This document shows, piece after piece, positions 12,544 through 24,001 of a DNA stretch of 64,000 bases. The notes beneath the pieces are model-generated. The model searched no databases, was not told the DNA's origin, and worked only from the letters and a program-made list of their open reading frames with translations. The DNA is from Octopus sinensis (Eukaryota): contig NC_043005.1 of the NCBI RefSeq assembly GCF_006345805.1, forward strand, positions 29,078,001 through 29,142,000, in the 5' to 3' direction. Both the position numbers and the translations under genes were made by a program. Position 1 is the stretch's first letter. The number at the start of each line of letters is the position of its first letter.

Positions 12544-12797
12544 CCCCAAGACACCTGAGGTGTCTTGGGGAAATTTTGAAACTGGGTTCTCATTCCTAAG
12601 GTATTTTTTGATATTATTATTATTATTATTCAGATCACTGTCTGGAATTGAACTCGAAATCTTGGGGTTAGTAGCCCGCGCTCTTAACCACTACGCCATA
12701 TGCCCATGGGCATATGGCGTAGTGGTTAAGATGAGGACAAATATCTGTCAAATGTAAATAATGTACATAATTCCTTATCTCTTAAATATAGAACTGT
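12544..12797. mobile_element. Rearranged (fold-back) copy of the tRNA-head/hammerhead SINE
   Basis: A box TGGCGTAGTGG, B-box-like AGTTCAATTCC, (AAT)n, same linker and 3' tail as the 38.8 kb copy; palindromes at 12544-12570 and 12682-12731. Confidence 0.75.
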
Positions 12798-13791
12798 ATT
12801 AAACAAAATGTCATTCAGTTGATTGATAAAGATTCACTGAAGAACAGAACAGAATCCACAGCTCACAAGTTTGCCACTTCTTCACATTGTCTCTGATGTT
12901 GCTATGACAACAGTACACACACTCTCTTGCTAACCGGACCCATCTATCAGTCCTCTTCATGTACCCATATTGTGTGACATTTCTAAAATCCCACACTAAA
13001 CACTTCCTCCAATCCTTCCTCCACAGAACTTGATGTCAAAGCTGAGTACCAGCCACATCAATTTCACCAGTCTAAGAACTGTCTCGGCTGCTCCACTTCT
13101 TTCTCACCTAGCTTTCTTATGACTTAACATATCAATTGTCTGACCAATCTGTTATCTCAGAAACAAGAACAATAGGAGCCACTCAAAGAAGAGCTATATT
13201 ATCACTTTATCTGCTAGAAATAAGAACCAAATCTTCCTTAAATTCCCTTACTGTGTCAAAAAAAGGATACACTGGATAAGGTAATCTTGCCTAAAAGCAA
13301 GAAACAGGCATGGCTGTGTGGTTGAGAAGCTTACTCCCAACCATGTGGTTTTAGGTGGTACCTTGGGTAAATGTCTTCTACTATAGCCTTGTGAATGGAT
13401 TTGGTAGATGAAAACTGTAAAAAGAAACCTGTCATGTGTGTGTTTCTGTGTACTCATGCCATGACGGCACATAATGGATGTAAACGAGTAGTGTTGCTTG
13501 TTACCAGTCTTCCATGGAAAACATGTCTGGCCATTGGGAAAGATTGCTTTGTTTGAAAGAAACAGGTGAGGGTTGGCGACAGGAAGGGCATCCAGCTGTA
13601 GAAAATTTTATCAACATACTCTGTGTAAGCCACACAAGCATGGGATGATTGACGTACGGTGAAGATGGAAATGGATAGTTATGGCTGGAAAGATTTTGGT
13701 AATAGGTTTGTTTGATTCAATAACAATAGCAGCAGCAGCACCACTGCCAACAACAACAGTGAAATAGATAAGAAATTTAAAAGATTCATAC

Positions 13792-13958
13792 TATAGCAGA
13801 ATTTTGTTCCTTCAAAGCTGTCACATGAGAAGCATTGATTTGTTTCGTTGCAGCCAATTTAGCAAATCCTTCACGTTGGAGACGTTCGTAGATGAGCTGG
13901 TTCTGCATCAGAATAATTTGGTTCTGAAGGATACTAATGTCGTCAGCGGGCGGGGAAC
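13792..13958 (-). CDS. TSC1: TSC1 coding exon 13 (GSPPADDISILQNQIILMQNQLIYER...)
   Basis: 167 nt; matches human [26 protein letters not shown]. Confidence 0.94.
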
Positions 13959-14437
13959 CTGGCAGAGGATATAGCATGGATATTAGTAAGATTAGTCAAG
14001 TGTATCACTGTTAGATATAACATGGTAGAATGGAACTGTTTTATATATATGATAACAATGGAAAGAGAGAGAGAGAGGGAGGGAGAAAGAGCTGATGTAT
14101 TGTTAAATTAAAGATATAGGACAGCATTGTATTGAGAGGCTGAATATGGAATATAATCTTAAATAATTTAGCTACAATGTCTTAACATTCTAAAATCAAA
14201 TCTCACCAAAGTCCACATTGCATTTCACATTACCAAGGTCAATAAAATAAAGAGTACCAGTCGTATACTATGTTTATTTAATTAACTAAAATCCTTCTCC
14301 CTATATATGGCCTTGTGTTAAGAAATTTATCATTATTATTTTGATAAACAACCACAACAAAAACAAATATAAAGCAAAAAGGAAAAAAAAAACCCTAATG
14401 TGTAGAGAGTGAAAAAAAAGGGTCTAATTATACTTAC

Positions 14438-14584
14438 CCCCGAAACATGTTCGGGTGATGTTGCTTTGAGTAGTTGAAGGGACTTGACTAAGCTCTTTAT
14501 CATGTTGTGCAGCACCTCTACTCAGCAGTTTGTCAAGGATCTCCACAGGAGATAAATTAATCCACTGGTCATTGGGACAGTCAC
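14438..14584 (-). CDS. TSC1: TSC1 coding exon 12 (...LSPVEILDKLLSRGAAQHDKELSQVP...TCFG)
   Basis: Matches human [21 protein letters not shown]...HFG; gtaagt donor. Confidence 0.92.
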
Positions 14585-14883
14585 CTAAACGAGCCACAAA
14601 ATTAACTTTAAAAATTTGCAACTTATTCAACCATATTAAATAATATTTCCAAACCTCCTAAAGACAAAAAGTCTCAGAATAGTTGCTTAGTTTGATTTAA
14701 GGGAGAGCTTTTAGTTATGGTTTAAGAGACAGTGTTTAGGTATGGGTATACATAGAGGTATGTGTGTGTATGTGTGTCTCTCTCTTGCTCTCCTCTTGTC
14801 TTAACGTCATATGATGGTTATAAACAAGTGGCACTAGCATAGAATTGATGTTGCTCAACCCCAGTCCACAAGAATATATCATA

Positions 14884-15254
14884 CTAGCACTATGACCCCG
14901 CGTTGCCGGGTCATAGTGCTAGTGCATGCATATACAGCTGCATGCGTGTGCACATACACACGAGTACTGTCCAAATCTCCGACCAATCACATACAGCCAG
15001 CTGGCATTCAATTGGCGTATCAAGTTTCAGGCATTTTGATTGGGTTTTGGATAGAAAATTCACAAAAAGTCACTTCTATTGATTTTTTAATGGCTTTGCA
15101 GGGTGACTGGGGAAATGTAAAGATGTGCACGACCACCCTTGGACAGTTTTGAATGACCATAGAAAGTGCAAGCCCTCTAACTGAAAAATTGTGGATTTGT
15201 ATAAAGGATACACACACACACAGACAGACATTTTGCCGTTTATATATATAGAGA
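14884..15254 (-). mobile_element. Non-autonomous Helitron-like element
   Basis: 5' TC(TC)TATATATATAAA..CTGTCTGTGTG; 3' GC-rich hairpin and CTAG terminus followed by T. Confidence 0.75.
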
Positions 15255-15503
15255 TAATATATATTGTATAAATTATGATATTTATGATATAATCTATAGA
15301 TGCCATGCATTGGAACTGAACCTAGACCTCATGGTTTCCAAGTGAACTTCATTTGGCCACACAGTTCCGATGAAATGTTGTGTACTATTGTTTTAATGTT
15401 AAATATTGTTTTACTTTCATTGTAAACATAATTTTTAATGAGAGGAAAATAACGATAAAGGAATAGAATTTAAAAGAATATTTTGAGAAACAAGAGAACT
15501 TAC

Positions 15504-16070
15504 CTAGGAGCTCAAGAGAACAATCTTCGGTCTCCTTGGCGGAGTCCAGAGATTTCTTACAGCGGATACATAAGCTAAAAGGGGATGGACTCAGAAGAAA
15601 GTGGTAAAGGTTGATAAGTTCAGCACTTGGAACGACATCAACCAGGTTGGCATTATTCTGATCATCACTGAAAGACGCAATCAGATCAATGTCCTCAGTT
15701 TGGGTTCCAGTCGTTTCCACCTGGACTATCTTCCCATCTATCTTACTACATGTACTACTAATACTTTTGGAATCCATGGAGGTCTCCATGGAGCGTTCTG
15801 CACCAGGAATATTAGGACAAGAGCGACTCCTCACACGATTCTGGAACCGGTCCTGAATGACAAAGCTATCAATGTCTGATTCTGTTGTAATGCTGGTGAA
15901 ACGAATACGATTCATTTTCTCCATGAACTGTTTTACAGAATCTGAGGATAACTTTTCACAGGTTTCAACCTTTGAACTTTGACCTTCCTCATTACTGAGA
16001 GACATCAACTTATGGCTGTGTTCGTATGAATAGCGCTTCGTTAGTTCGGCCACCTCTACATCACAGACAT
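15504..16070 (-). CDS. TSC1: TSC1 large coding exon 11 (Ser-rich linker)
   Basis: 567 nt open frame within ORF 15385..16053; ctttccag/gtaagt; phase 1/1. Confidence 0.88.
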
Positions 16071-16515
16071 CTGGAAAGTAAGGGGAGTTTCAATTTAATT
16101 TTCGATAACAAGTTCGATTGGTGGCAGTTAAGAGCTGAAGATTTAATATATGGAGAAAGTTTAATTATAACTAAGTTATTTTACTAAATTCTTTGTTATA
16201 TTTAAAATTAGTTGAAAAAAACACAAAGCATCTCAAAATAAATATGGTAACAGAAGGGTTAACAAGAATTAGCTATTACAAAATGATTTACATGGAAATG
16301 GTATCAATTTCTGGTTTTAAAAATTGAGAAAACTGAAAAATTGAGAAAGCAGAAATAAAACATTAAGTAATTTTTTTGTTGTTGTTGTAGTCAATAATTC
16401 TGATAAAAGTGAAAATTATGTGAAACAAACTGCTAAGTCAGAAGAATGGAAAGCCACAGTGTGATGTTAAAAATCCGTTAATGAAGAGTTGTTCTGATGT
16501 ATTTCAGATACAAAC

Positions 16516-16648
16516 CTGATGGATCCTGGCTAACGAATGTGTCAACAAAGCTGTGTAAAGACTGCATTGATATTTCAGGAGCTTTTCTTTCCTCTATTGG
16601 ACTGGAGCAGCAAGATACAGGGGTCACTTTCGTGTTTTGCGATGGCCT
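16516..16648 (-). CDS. TSC1: TSC1 coding exon 10 (RPSQNTKVTPVSCCSSPIEER...SQDPS)
   Basis: 133 nt open frame, attttatag/gtttgt, phase 0 to 1; low-conservation linker. Confidence 0.72.
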
Positions 16649-17742
16649 CTATAAAATATCCAACAATACAGATACATTAGCACTCAGCAACAATGTTTCT
16701 GACCATTCCACAATTTTATATGGGACAACAATTAAACAATTCTGAAAATTTAGATGTTTATATAGTTTGGCAATAAGTTCTTTGTAAATCATCTGAAGGA
16801 TTTTCTTAAAGAGAATTATAGATAATTTTTTTTCTCAATGAGGTAAACTGTAGCAAGTGGGGCAGCTGATATTTAGCATAAAAATGACGTTTCTCAAGAT
16901 AGGACTAAAATGGTCTGAGAAACATTGACCTAAATAACGGCAGGCTTGAGCTGTGTCCTCTGTGAAAGGTTGAGAGTAAAGAGATCAAGTTATTTGTCTG
17001 CTCAAGCTATGAGAGACTTTATTTCTTTGTTTAGCTCTGGTGCTATGGAGTTCAGTAGATAAAAGATGTTTCTCTCCAGATGAGATGTTTTTCTATAACA
17101 GGTAACATTCCCCAGATAAGCAAGTTGACGAACCAAATATGCTATTCCTGACAATGGTCAGAGGGGAGTTGTTGAGATGTTAGGGCTGAATACCCAGGGA
17201 TACAGAGAACATTGCATTACTGTGTCTTTCAGGGTAGATATAATATCTATTTTGCTAATTCAATTCTGCAGTCATTTTCTATCAACTTTTCACAATTATC
17301 TCAAACATAGAATTAACCACATTAGCTAAATTAGTAAATTAGAAACCCCGGCAAGATTTGAGAGGCTTTTCCTTTAACCTCTTCATGCCAGGAGATACTG
17401 GATAAACTCTGTGGAGGGTAAGGATTACCAGCATATGAGTTCATAGGTTACCTTTCACATGATACAAATAGAACAGAATCAAGCATCCTTTTGACTCCCA
17501 AAATTGTTTTAGTTAATCCTTTGTCAAGAATTTGGCACATTTAAGGAATCCCAATTACAAAATCTTCAGCCATGCTCTGATTAACATGCTGTCACAAGGT
17601 GAGTGCTTTCCATTGGTTTTTAGAACTGTTTCTAAAAACAATGTTTATAAATTCATGATGATAAAGATAATGGTGTTGCTGGTGGTTGTAAATATTTAGA
17701 ACTAAATAGGAGGGCAGCATCATCAGTAGGCAATACACTTAC

Positions 17743-17783
17743 CTCCATATCACAAGAAGCCATTTTCGAACAAGAATGGTGAT
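17743..17783 (-). CDS. TSC1: TSC1 small coding exon 9 (N-HHSCSKMASCDME)
   Basis: 41 nt, tttatctccag/gtaagt; phase 1 to 0 is exactly what the flanking exons require; no sequence homology recognised. Confidence 0.72.
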
Positions 17784-18938
17784 CTGGAGATAAAAAGAAT
17801 TAAGATGTAATTAGTAAAAATTGCTAATGAAACTCAGCTACACCATACTAATTATGAAAAAATATATACTTAAATTTGCTTTACATTAAATTTGAATTTT
17901 TTTTTTTTACTTAAGGCAGTGAGTTTCCAATGTGAGTTTTGTCTACAAAACTTGACAAATTTGTCATATAGGGATTCCAACTTCGTTGGGTTTCCCTGCC
18001 ATTTACACCGAATATTTTAAAATTCATTTCGTTTATTTTACAGAGAACACCCCAGTATCATAAAGAATGGAGAAATATTAAATAATGTAGGCTCAAACAC
18101 ACTGGAATAAAGATTGAAATGTAATAGTTGGTATACTTTTGATTATAGGTCTAGTGGTTCAAAGTTGACTTGGGGCTAAAATAATTAGAAATTTGCTTTT
18201 TACTCAAATATTTATTGTCATGGTGAGTCTAGTAAATACTGCTCTGCGTACACTTCACAGAAAAGGTCTAATAAGATTGAAACATGTTCAGAGTTGTCAC
18301 CATACTTCCCTATGATAACACTCAGTCTCCACTACATTACATTAAATTTTTAAACAATTTGAATTTTGAAGTAGTCTCCCTTGCTGTTATTGTCAAGAAT
18401 TATCATTAAAGCCAATGAATTTTGAGTGTCATTTTAATTATATATTACTCACACCATTACATATGTTAATCATAACTAATTAATTTCATTGTTGAGTGAT
18501 AAAACATTTTCCTTTTCTTTTTGACTTTCATCAACAACCTTTTCAACATGATCTCTCCTAAACCTTAATCAATGCCGGAAACATACATCTAAAACCACAT
18601 TTACATCTTATTTCAAATTGCAGATACGCAGTAAAAAGTAATATGACCAAAGTTGGTTCAAAGTCTATAATTTTTGAAATGGTTTTTTAATTCTTCAGTT
18701 TATTAAAGGCATCACAGCTAAAGCTACACTGGAGCATCATCTTTCACTTGTTATCAAAACCATAATTTTCCAGATTAATAACTTCGTTTAAGTAGTGTAT
18801 TTACACTTTTAATGACTCCGGTCACCAATCTTCATTATGCGTCTCACTCCTGCATATCTACTAAATCCCAAACTAGAATTGAAGACCAACATTATTTGAC
18901 TATTAGATATGCTTCAAAGAGTACAGCATGTACTTTCA

Positions 18939-19385
18939 ATCATCATCGTTTAACGTCTGCTTTCCATGCTGGCATGGGTTGGACGGTCTGGCTGAGGGCT
19001 GGCAAGCCAGGAGGCTGCACCAGGCTCCAATCTGATCTGGCAAAATTTCCACAGCTGGATGCCCTTCATAACGCCAACCACTCTGAGAGTGTAGTGGGTG
19101 CTTTTTAGGTGCCATTGGCACGAGGGCCAGTCAGGCGGTACTGGCATTGACCACACTTGAATGGTGCTTTTTATGTGCCACCAGCACAAGAGCCAGTCAG
19201 GCAGCACTGACAACAATGACCACACTCAAATGGTGCTTTTTACATGCCACCAGCATGAGAGCCGGTCAGGTGGCACTGGTAACAACCACGCTCGAATGGT
19301 GCTTTTTACTTGCCACTGGCATGAGAGCCAGTGAGGCAGCACTAGCAACAATCACGCTTGAATGGTACTTTTTACATGCCACCAA
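18939..19385 (-). mobile_element. Family B RTE-tailed element
   Basis: Same tail; about 5 VNTR units. Confidence 0.75.
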
Positions 19386-19420
19386 TATTTATAAAGATGT
19401 AGTTAACAGTGTGTGTGTAT

Positions 19421-19720
19421 ATAATAATAATGAAATTATTGTATACAGTGCTCAGGTGCACCACAACTTGTCAGAAAGTGCATATAAAGTACATGCAGTA
19501 ATGTAGAAATGTCTGGAAAGCGAACAATGTATGAGTCAGATACATGCTTGTGTGTGTATGGAGGGGAGAAAATCAGGTGTAGTGTTGGCGAATCTCAGGA
19601 AGCATGGAAGTTTTGAAGGATGCAGTGCTCCGACAACTAACAACTGATGCCGGGAGTTTGTTCCATGCCTCAGCAACTCTCAGCGTGAAAAAATGTTTCC
19701 GAAAGTCATGGGAGCTGTGT
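19421..19720 (-). mobile_element. 3' end fragment of a related CR1 LINE
   Basis: HSSHDFRKHFFTLRVAEAWNKLPASVV nearly identical to the 27.1-27.3 kb copy; same terminal gtgcacctgagcactgta; longer 3' UTR. Confidence 0.9.
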
Positions 19721-19744
19721 CTATTAACTACATCTTTATATACT

Positions 19745-19930
19745 TGGAATTTACAAAAAAAACAACAAAACAAAAGATGAAGATAGGTGTGTAAACGACT
19801 AACAGATGTATTAGTTTGATGCTTGGAAAGTGAGAAAGTCTTTTACGTTTCAAGCTCTTCAACAGAAAGGAACACAGAAATAAGCAGAGAGAGAAAATAA
19901 AAAAGGTTTCGTGGCTAGTGATCAATCATT
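19745..19930 (-). mobile_element. Second copy of the Penelope-like element (stem II partly deleted)
   Basis: Colinear with 52490-52670; core CTGTTGA-A-GAGCTT-GAAACGTAAAAG. Confidence 0.55.
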
Positions 19931-20220
19931 CAAATAAATATGTGCTGCAAATGTAAAGTGTATGCATAAATATTGTAAATATACAATGTAAAGACGAGGT
20001 TAAAAGTTTACATATAAAAATTAGAAATGAATATGCAATGGAGATGTTTAAAGAGTGAAAACTAGAATCTTAAGAAAGGCTGTTACAAAATGACTAGCAA
20101 TTTATTTCTGAATAGCAAGACAGTCAGTCCAGTCTGACTAAGTGGAGAGATCACTAATGTATTTGACTAAGATCAGTCAATAATAATTTCCTGTTAGTTG
20201 ATAGTGTTTAAAATACGTAC

Positions 20221-20409
20221 TTGTATTTTGGGTATCTACTTCACATGAATTTAAAATTGGGGTGTTTCCTTTGCTGGGTGCTGCAGAATTTCCTTGGGAC
20301 ATGGGTGGGGTAGAAAGGTGGGCATCCAATGAAGGACTCCACCAAAGCATGGCGTCTGGGGTTAAAACATCCCCTTTCAATGGCTGACAAAGGGCTGACA
20401 AGTTCAAAT
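20221..20409 (-). CDS. TSC1: TSC1 coding exon 8 (...DAMLWWSPSLDAHLSTPPMS...)
   Basis: Strong acceptor ttcttcttgtag, donor gtacgt; conserved WSPS....TPP motif; phase 1/1. Confidence 0.88.
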
Positions 20410-20509
20410 CTACAAGAAGAAAAGACAAAGGGAAATATTTAGTTACTCAAATCAGAAAACACAGAATATATTGTTGCATAAAAAAATTGATAATAATATT
20501 GATAGTTAC

Positions 20510-20737
20510 TTAACCATTTTGTTACCAACCAGGCTGAAAGTAGCTCTAGCTCTGAATACAAATGTCTTGTTTTCGTAAGTTTTGAATTGAAATCTTCCAC
20601 CAAACCTTAGTCACAATTTATGTTCCTAACACTAGCTGGATGATAACTAAGTTATTTTACTAAATTCTTTGTTATATTTAAAGTAATTGAAAGAAACACA
20701 GAACATCTCAAAATAAATACAGGAACAAAAGGGTTAA
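20510..20737. mobile_element. piggyBac-like MITE
   Basis: TTAA-CCATTTTGTT...AACAAAAGGG-TTAA; partial copy at 16170-16263. Confidence 0.72.
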
Positions 20738-22813
20738 ACAATCTCTGGAAGTGGTTTGATCTCAGATATGGGAGAGTTTGGCATCGCTATTTTGGTCCAG
20801 CTTATTTTATGCTGAATTTATTTAACATCAGATGTATTGCCTCCAGGACCTTTTGGCATCATGAAAATGATATTTTTATTCCAGAACTAACAGGTAATCT
20901 CAATTACTAAACTTCATTTAACTTTCTGCTTTGCTTTATGTTTATGATGATGGTTGGTGAAATAATGACAAAAAGGAAATTTTTTTTATCACAATGCGTT
21001 TCTGTACAAGGTAAACAGAACTGTGAATTAAAATTTTGGTTTTGTGAGCAGAAGAAAGAGAGAGAGAGAGAGAGACTAAAATGTATCAAATGAGCTCCAA
21101 TTGCCACAGACACTTCTCTTTCAATCTATTGTTTATGTGTTTGTGAGTTTTCTTTATGCATAAAGGCATGTAAAAAGCACCCATTACACTCTTGGAGTGG
21201 TTAGCGTTAGGAAGGGCATCCAGCTGTAGAAACATTGCCAGATCAGACTGGAGCTTGAGGCAGATACTGGCTCTCCAGACCTCAAACTGCCCAACCCATG
21301 CCAGCATGGAAAACAGATGCTAAACAATGATGATGATGAAGGGATGCATTTGGGTTTGCTTAATACATTTTGTCTCTCTTGTTCTTTCTGTGCCTTCTCT
21401 ATTTTTGACTGCAAGCAAAGGGGAAGTGTCATGTCATTCAAGTTCAATGAATGTAACGTTTCTCTCTCTTTTTCTGTCTATTGATCTATGTATGAATTTC
21501 CTTGTGTATGCACATGTGTGTGTGTGTGTGTGTGAGAGAAAAAAAAAACATACCCAAAACAGGTTCACTGTCCAAATCACCCCATTCTATTTGATCCCAG
21601 TATGGAGAGAAATGAAACAAGATACTACTATAAAGCTTTTAGTCCAGCACACTACCATCTCTGCCACTTTATTCTTCCCCACTCCCTTCATTAATTTCCA
21701 TTAATAACAAATTTCTGACACTGGTTTTAAATTCTCTCACTTTAAAAGTGAGCTTGTTTGAACTGATCATTGTTTATGACAGGTACATATTTTTTGAGCC
21801 CAGAAAAGATGAAAAGCAAAGGTGAACTCAGTGGAATTTAAACTCAGACTGTTAAAAATCATAGCTAAATACTCCAGACCATTTAAGGCCATCATGTCAC
21901 TACATTTAACATAGCAATGCCAATGTCGATGAAGTTGCCACCCTAACTTAATGATCCCACAATGACATTGCTCAAACACACCCATTTAATTAAAACATAT
22001 ATCATTTGTATACATGCATCATCATTTAGTGTCCATCTTTCATCTTAATATGATTTGGATGGTTTGACAGGACCCACCAAGCTGGGGGATTGTATTGAGC
22101 TCCTGTGTGTTTTGGTCTGGTTTTTATGGCTGGGTGCCCTTCCTCATACCAACCACTTTTCAGAGTGTATTGTGGATGCGCCCTGTAAACTGGTTAGCAT
22201 TAAAAAGGCCTCACACACACACATAAAGTAAAGCCCCCTCCTGCTATGGTTATGAATGACCATTGGATTACACCTAGAAATTTACCCTCTGAGGTACAAG
22301 TCCAAGCAAGGTTGTTTATGGAAGACCAGCAGTCGTTCATACATACCAGCCTCCCCTCTCCATGCCACCAATGTTATTAAAAGGGAAAAGTAAAAGGGCC
22401 GATACCAGTGAGCTGATAACGCATTTCTACAGCTGAGTGAACAAGAGCAACCTGAAATAAAGTGTCTTGTTCAAGAGCACAACACACTTTCCAATCATGT
22501 GGTTTGGGGTTTAGTCCCATTGTAGGGCAAGCTCAGGTCCAAACTAAAGGTTGGGAAAAACTGTTTTAAATATTCTTCTGTTGACATGGTTTTTCTATAG
22601 ACTACGTTCTGGAACTTCATCTTGGACTGTAGGCTAAAAACTTGATAGCACTGGTTCGAGGCGAACACAACGGAGAAGAGTGTTTTTGCGTTATATAATT
22701 GATCTACATTGTACTCGAATCTATTGCTATGAGGTAACTCAAGGAAAGACAACCACAATGTCCTTCAATGGAGTGAAGGGGAGATAATAAAGGTAACGTT
22801 GAAAAATAATTAC

Positions 22814-23034
22814 CAAGACTTCCTGAAGACAGAAAAGAATCTCTGTAGGAACAGTTTCCAGTAACAATATTGTTGTTTGGTTGCGTTGTCAGGTCCACCG
22901 ACGGACGTTGACCTTGTTTTTGATAAAAGAACAATGCTGGAATTTCTTCATCTTTGTAGACAGTGCCTTCGATAGGATCGAGGATGAGAGATGTACAGCT
23001 GGCTAGAATGTCATGTGTTTCTTTACTGTGCCAA
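22814..23034 (-). CDS. TSC1: TSC1 coding exon 7 (WHSKETHDILASCTSLILDPIEG...SSGSL)
   Basis: tttcag acceptor; WxxxETHD...C..L.LDP.E motif; donor gtaatt at 22813 inferred from phase. Confidence 0.85.
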
Positions 23035-23927
23035 CTGAAATGAACAGGAGATTAGGATTAATGTAAACACATCATGGATGGGATAATTGAAGAATGCACC
23101 AGAATCTACTTCTATGGACTTATGATAGAAGATACAAGATGTACTTATCCAAAGCTTAAAAATGCCAAAGATGACAGAGAGGAATGGAAGATGGATCAGA
23201 CATGGCAAGAAATCCTCAATCCACTCACTCACAAGTAATATCTCTTTGTAAAGATTTGTTAAGTCTGTAAATAATATTTAGATCAACTACAAACGGTTAT
23301 CCTCATCTATATGCGATTGGTCTTTTATCTGAATAGTCCAGTGTTCATTTTCTGTAACCAGCATTGCACTGTATTGTTGGTTCAAATATCTAACTCTTAA
23401 TGACTAATACCACATTTCCGAAAATTGGTGTGAGAATGAGCTTCCCTATTATATCCATTTAATCTAGACATAATGTAAGGTACATGTCACCAACTGCACC
23501 TAAGTACCAGCTGACAGTACAGTTTATTACTGAATTCATTCCACTAGTAGTAAAAAGGTACTAATGAAGTATAGGTTGCTGCTATAAATAGCAAAAGTGC
23601 AAGTAACAAACATTAGTTGGTAATGCTAAACTCTAAAAGAAACTAGCGCCCTTTGCAGGTGAAACGAAGCCTGTCAGCATTTGAAATTCAAATAAAACTC
23701 CAATTGTACCAAAATATCTACCACTGGAAGTTAAGCTAGAAAAGATGATAAAAATGTTAAGTGCCATTTTTGTAATGAATTCTATTATAAAACAAAATGT
23801 ACTTTTGAAGGAAAATGGTACAGAAAGTATATTTTAATGTGCTGTTAATGAAGACAAGAGCAACAACTATTGAGAGAAAATCTGAAAGGAAGAGAAAAAC
23901 AAAAGAAAACAAAGCATAACATCTTAC

Positions 23928-24001
23928 CGGCTGGATACCGTCTCCATTTCCTTTGATTCTGTGACAAGAAGTGGGTTAAAGCGTACTCTCTCCAGCATTG
24001 G
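23928..24001 (-). CDS. TSC1: TSC1 coding exon 6 (PMLERVRFNPLLVTESKEMETVSS-R)
   Basis: 74 nt, gtaaga donor; matches human [20 protein letters not shown]. Confidence 0.94.

Noticed and set aside
22495-22758. 87-aa minus-strand ORF next to TSC1 exon 7
   Set aside because: No homology or splice support, and the TSC1 phases are satisfied without it.
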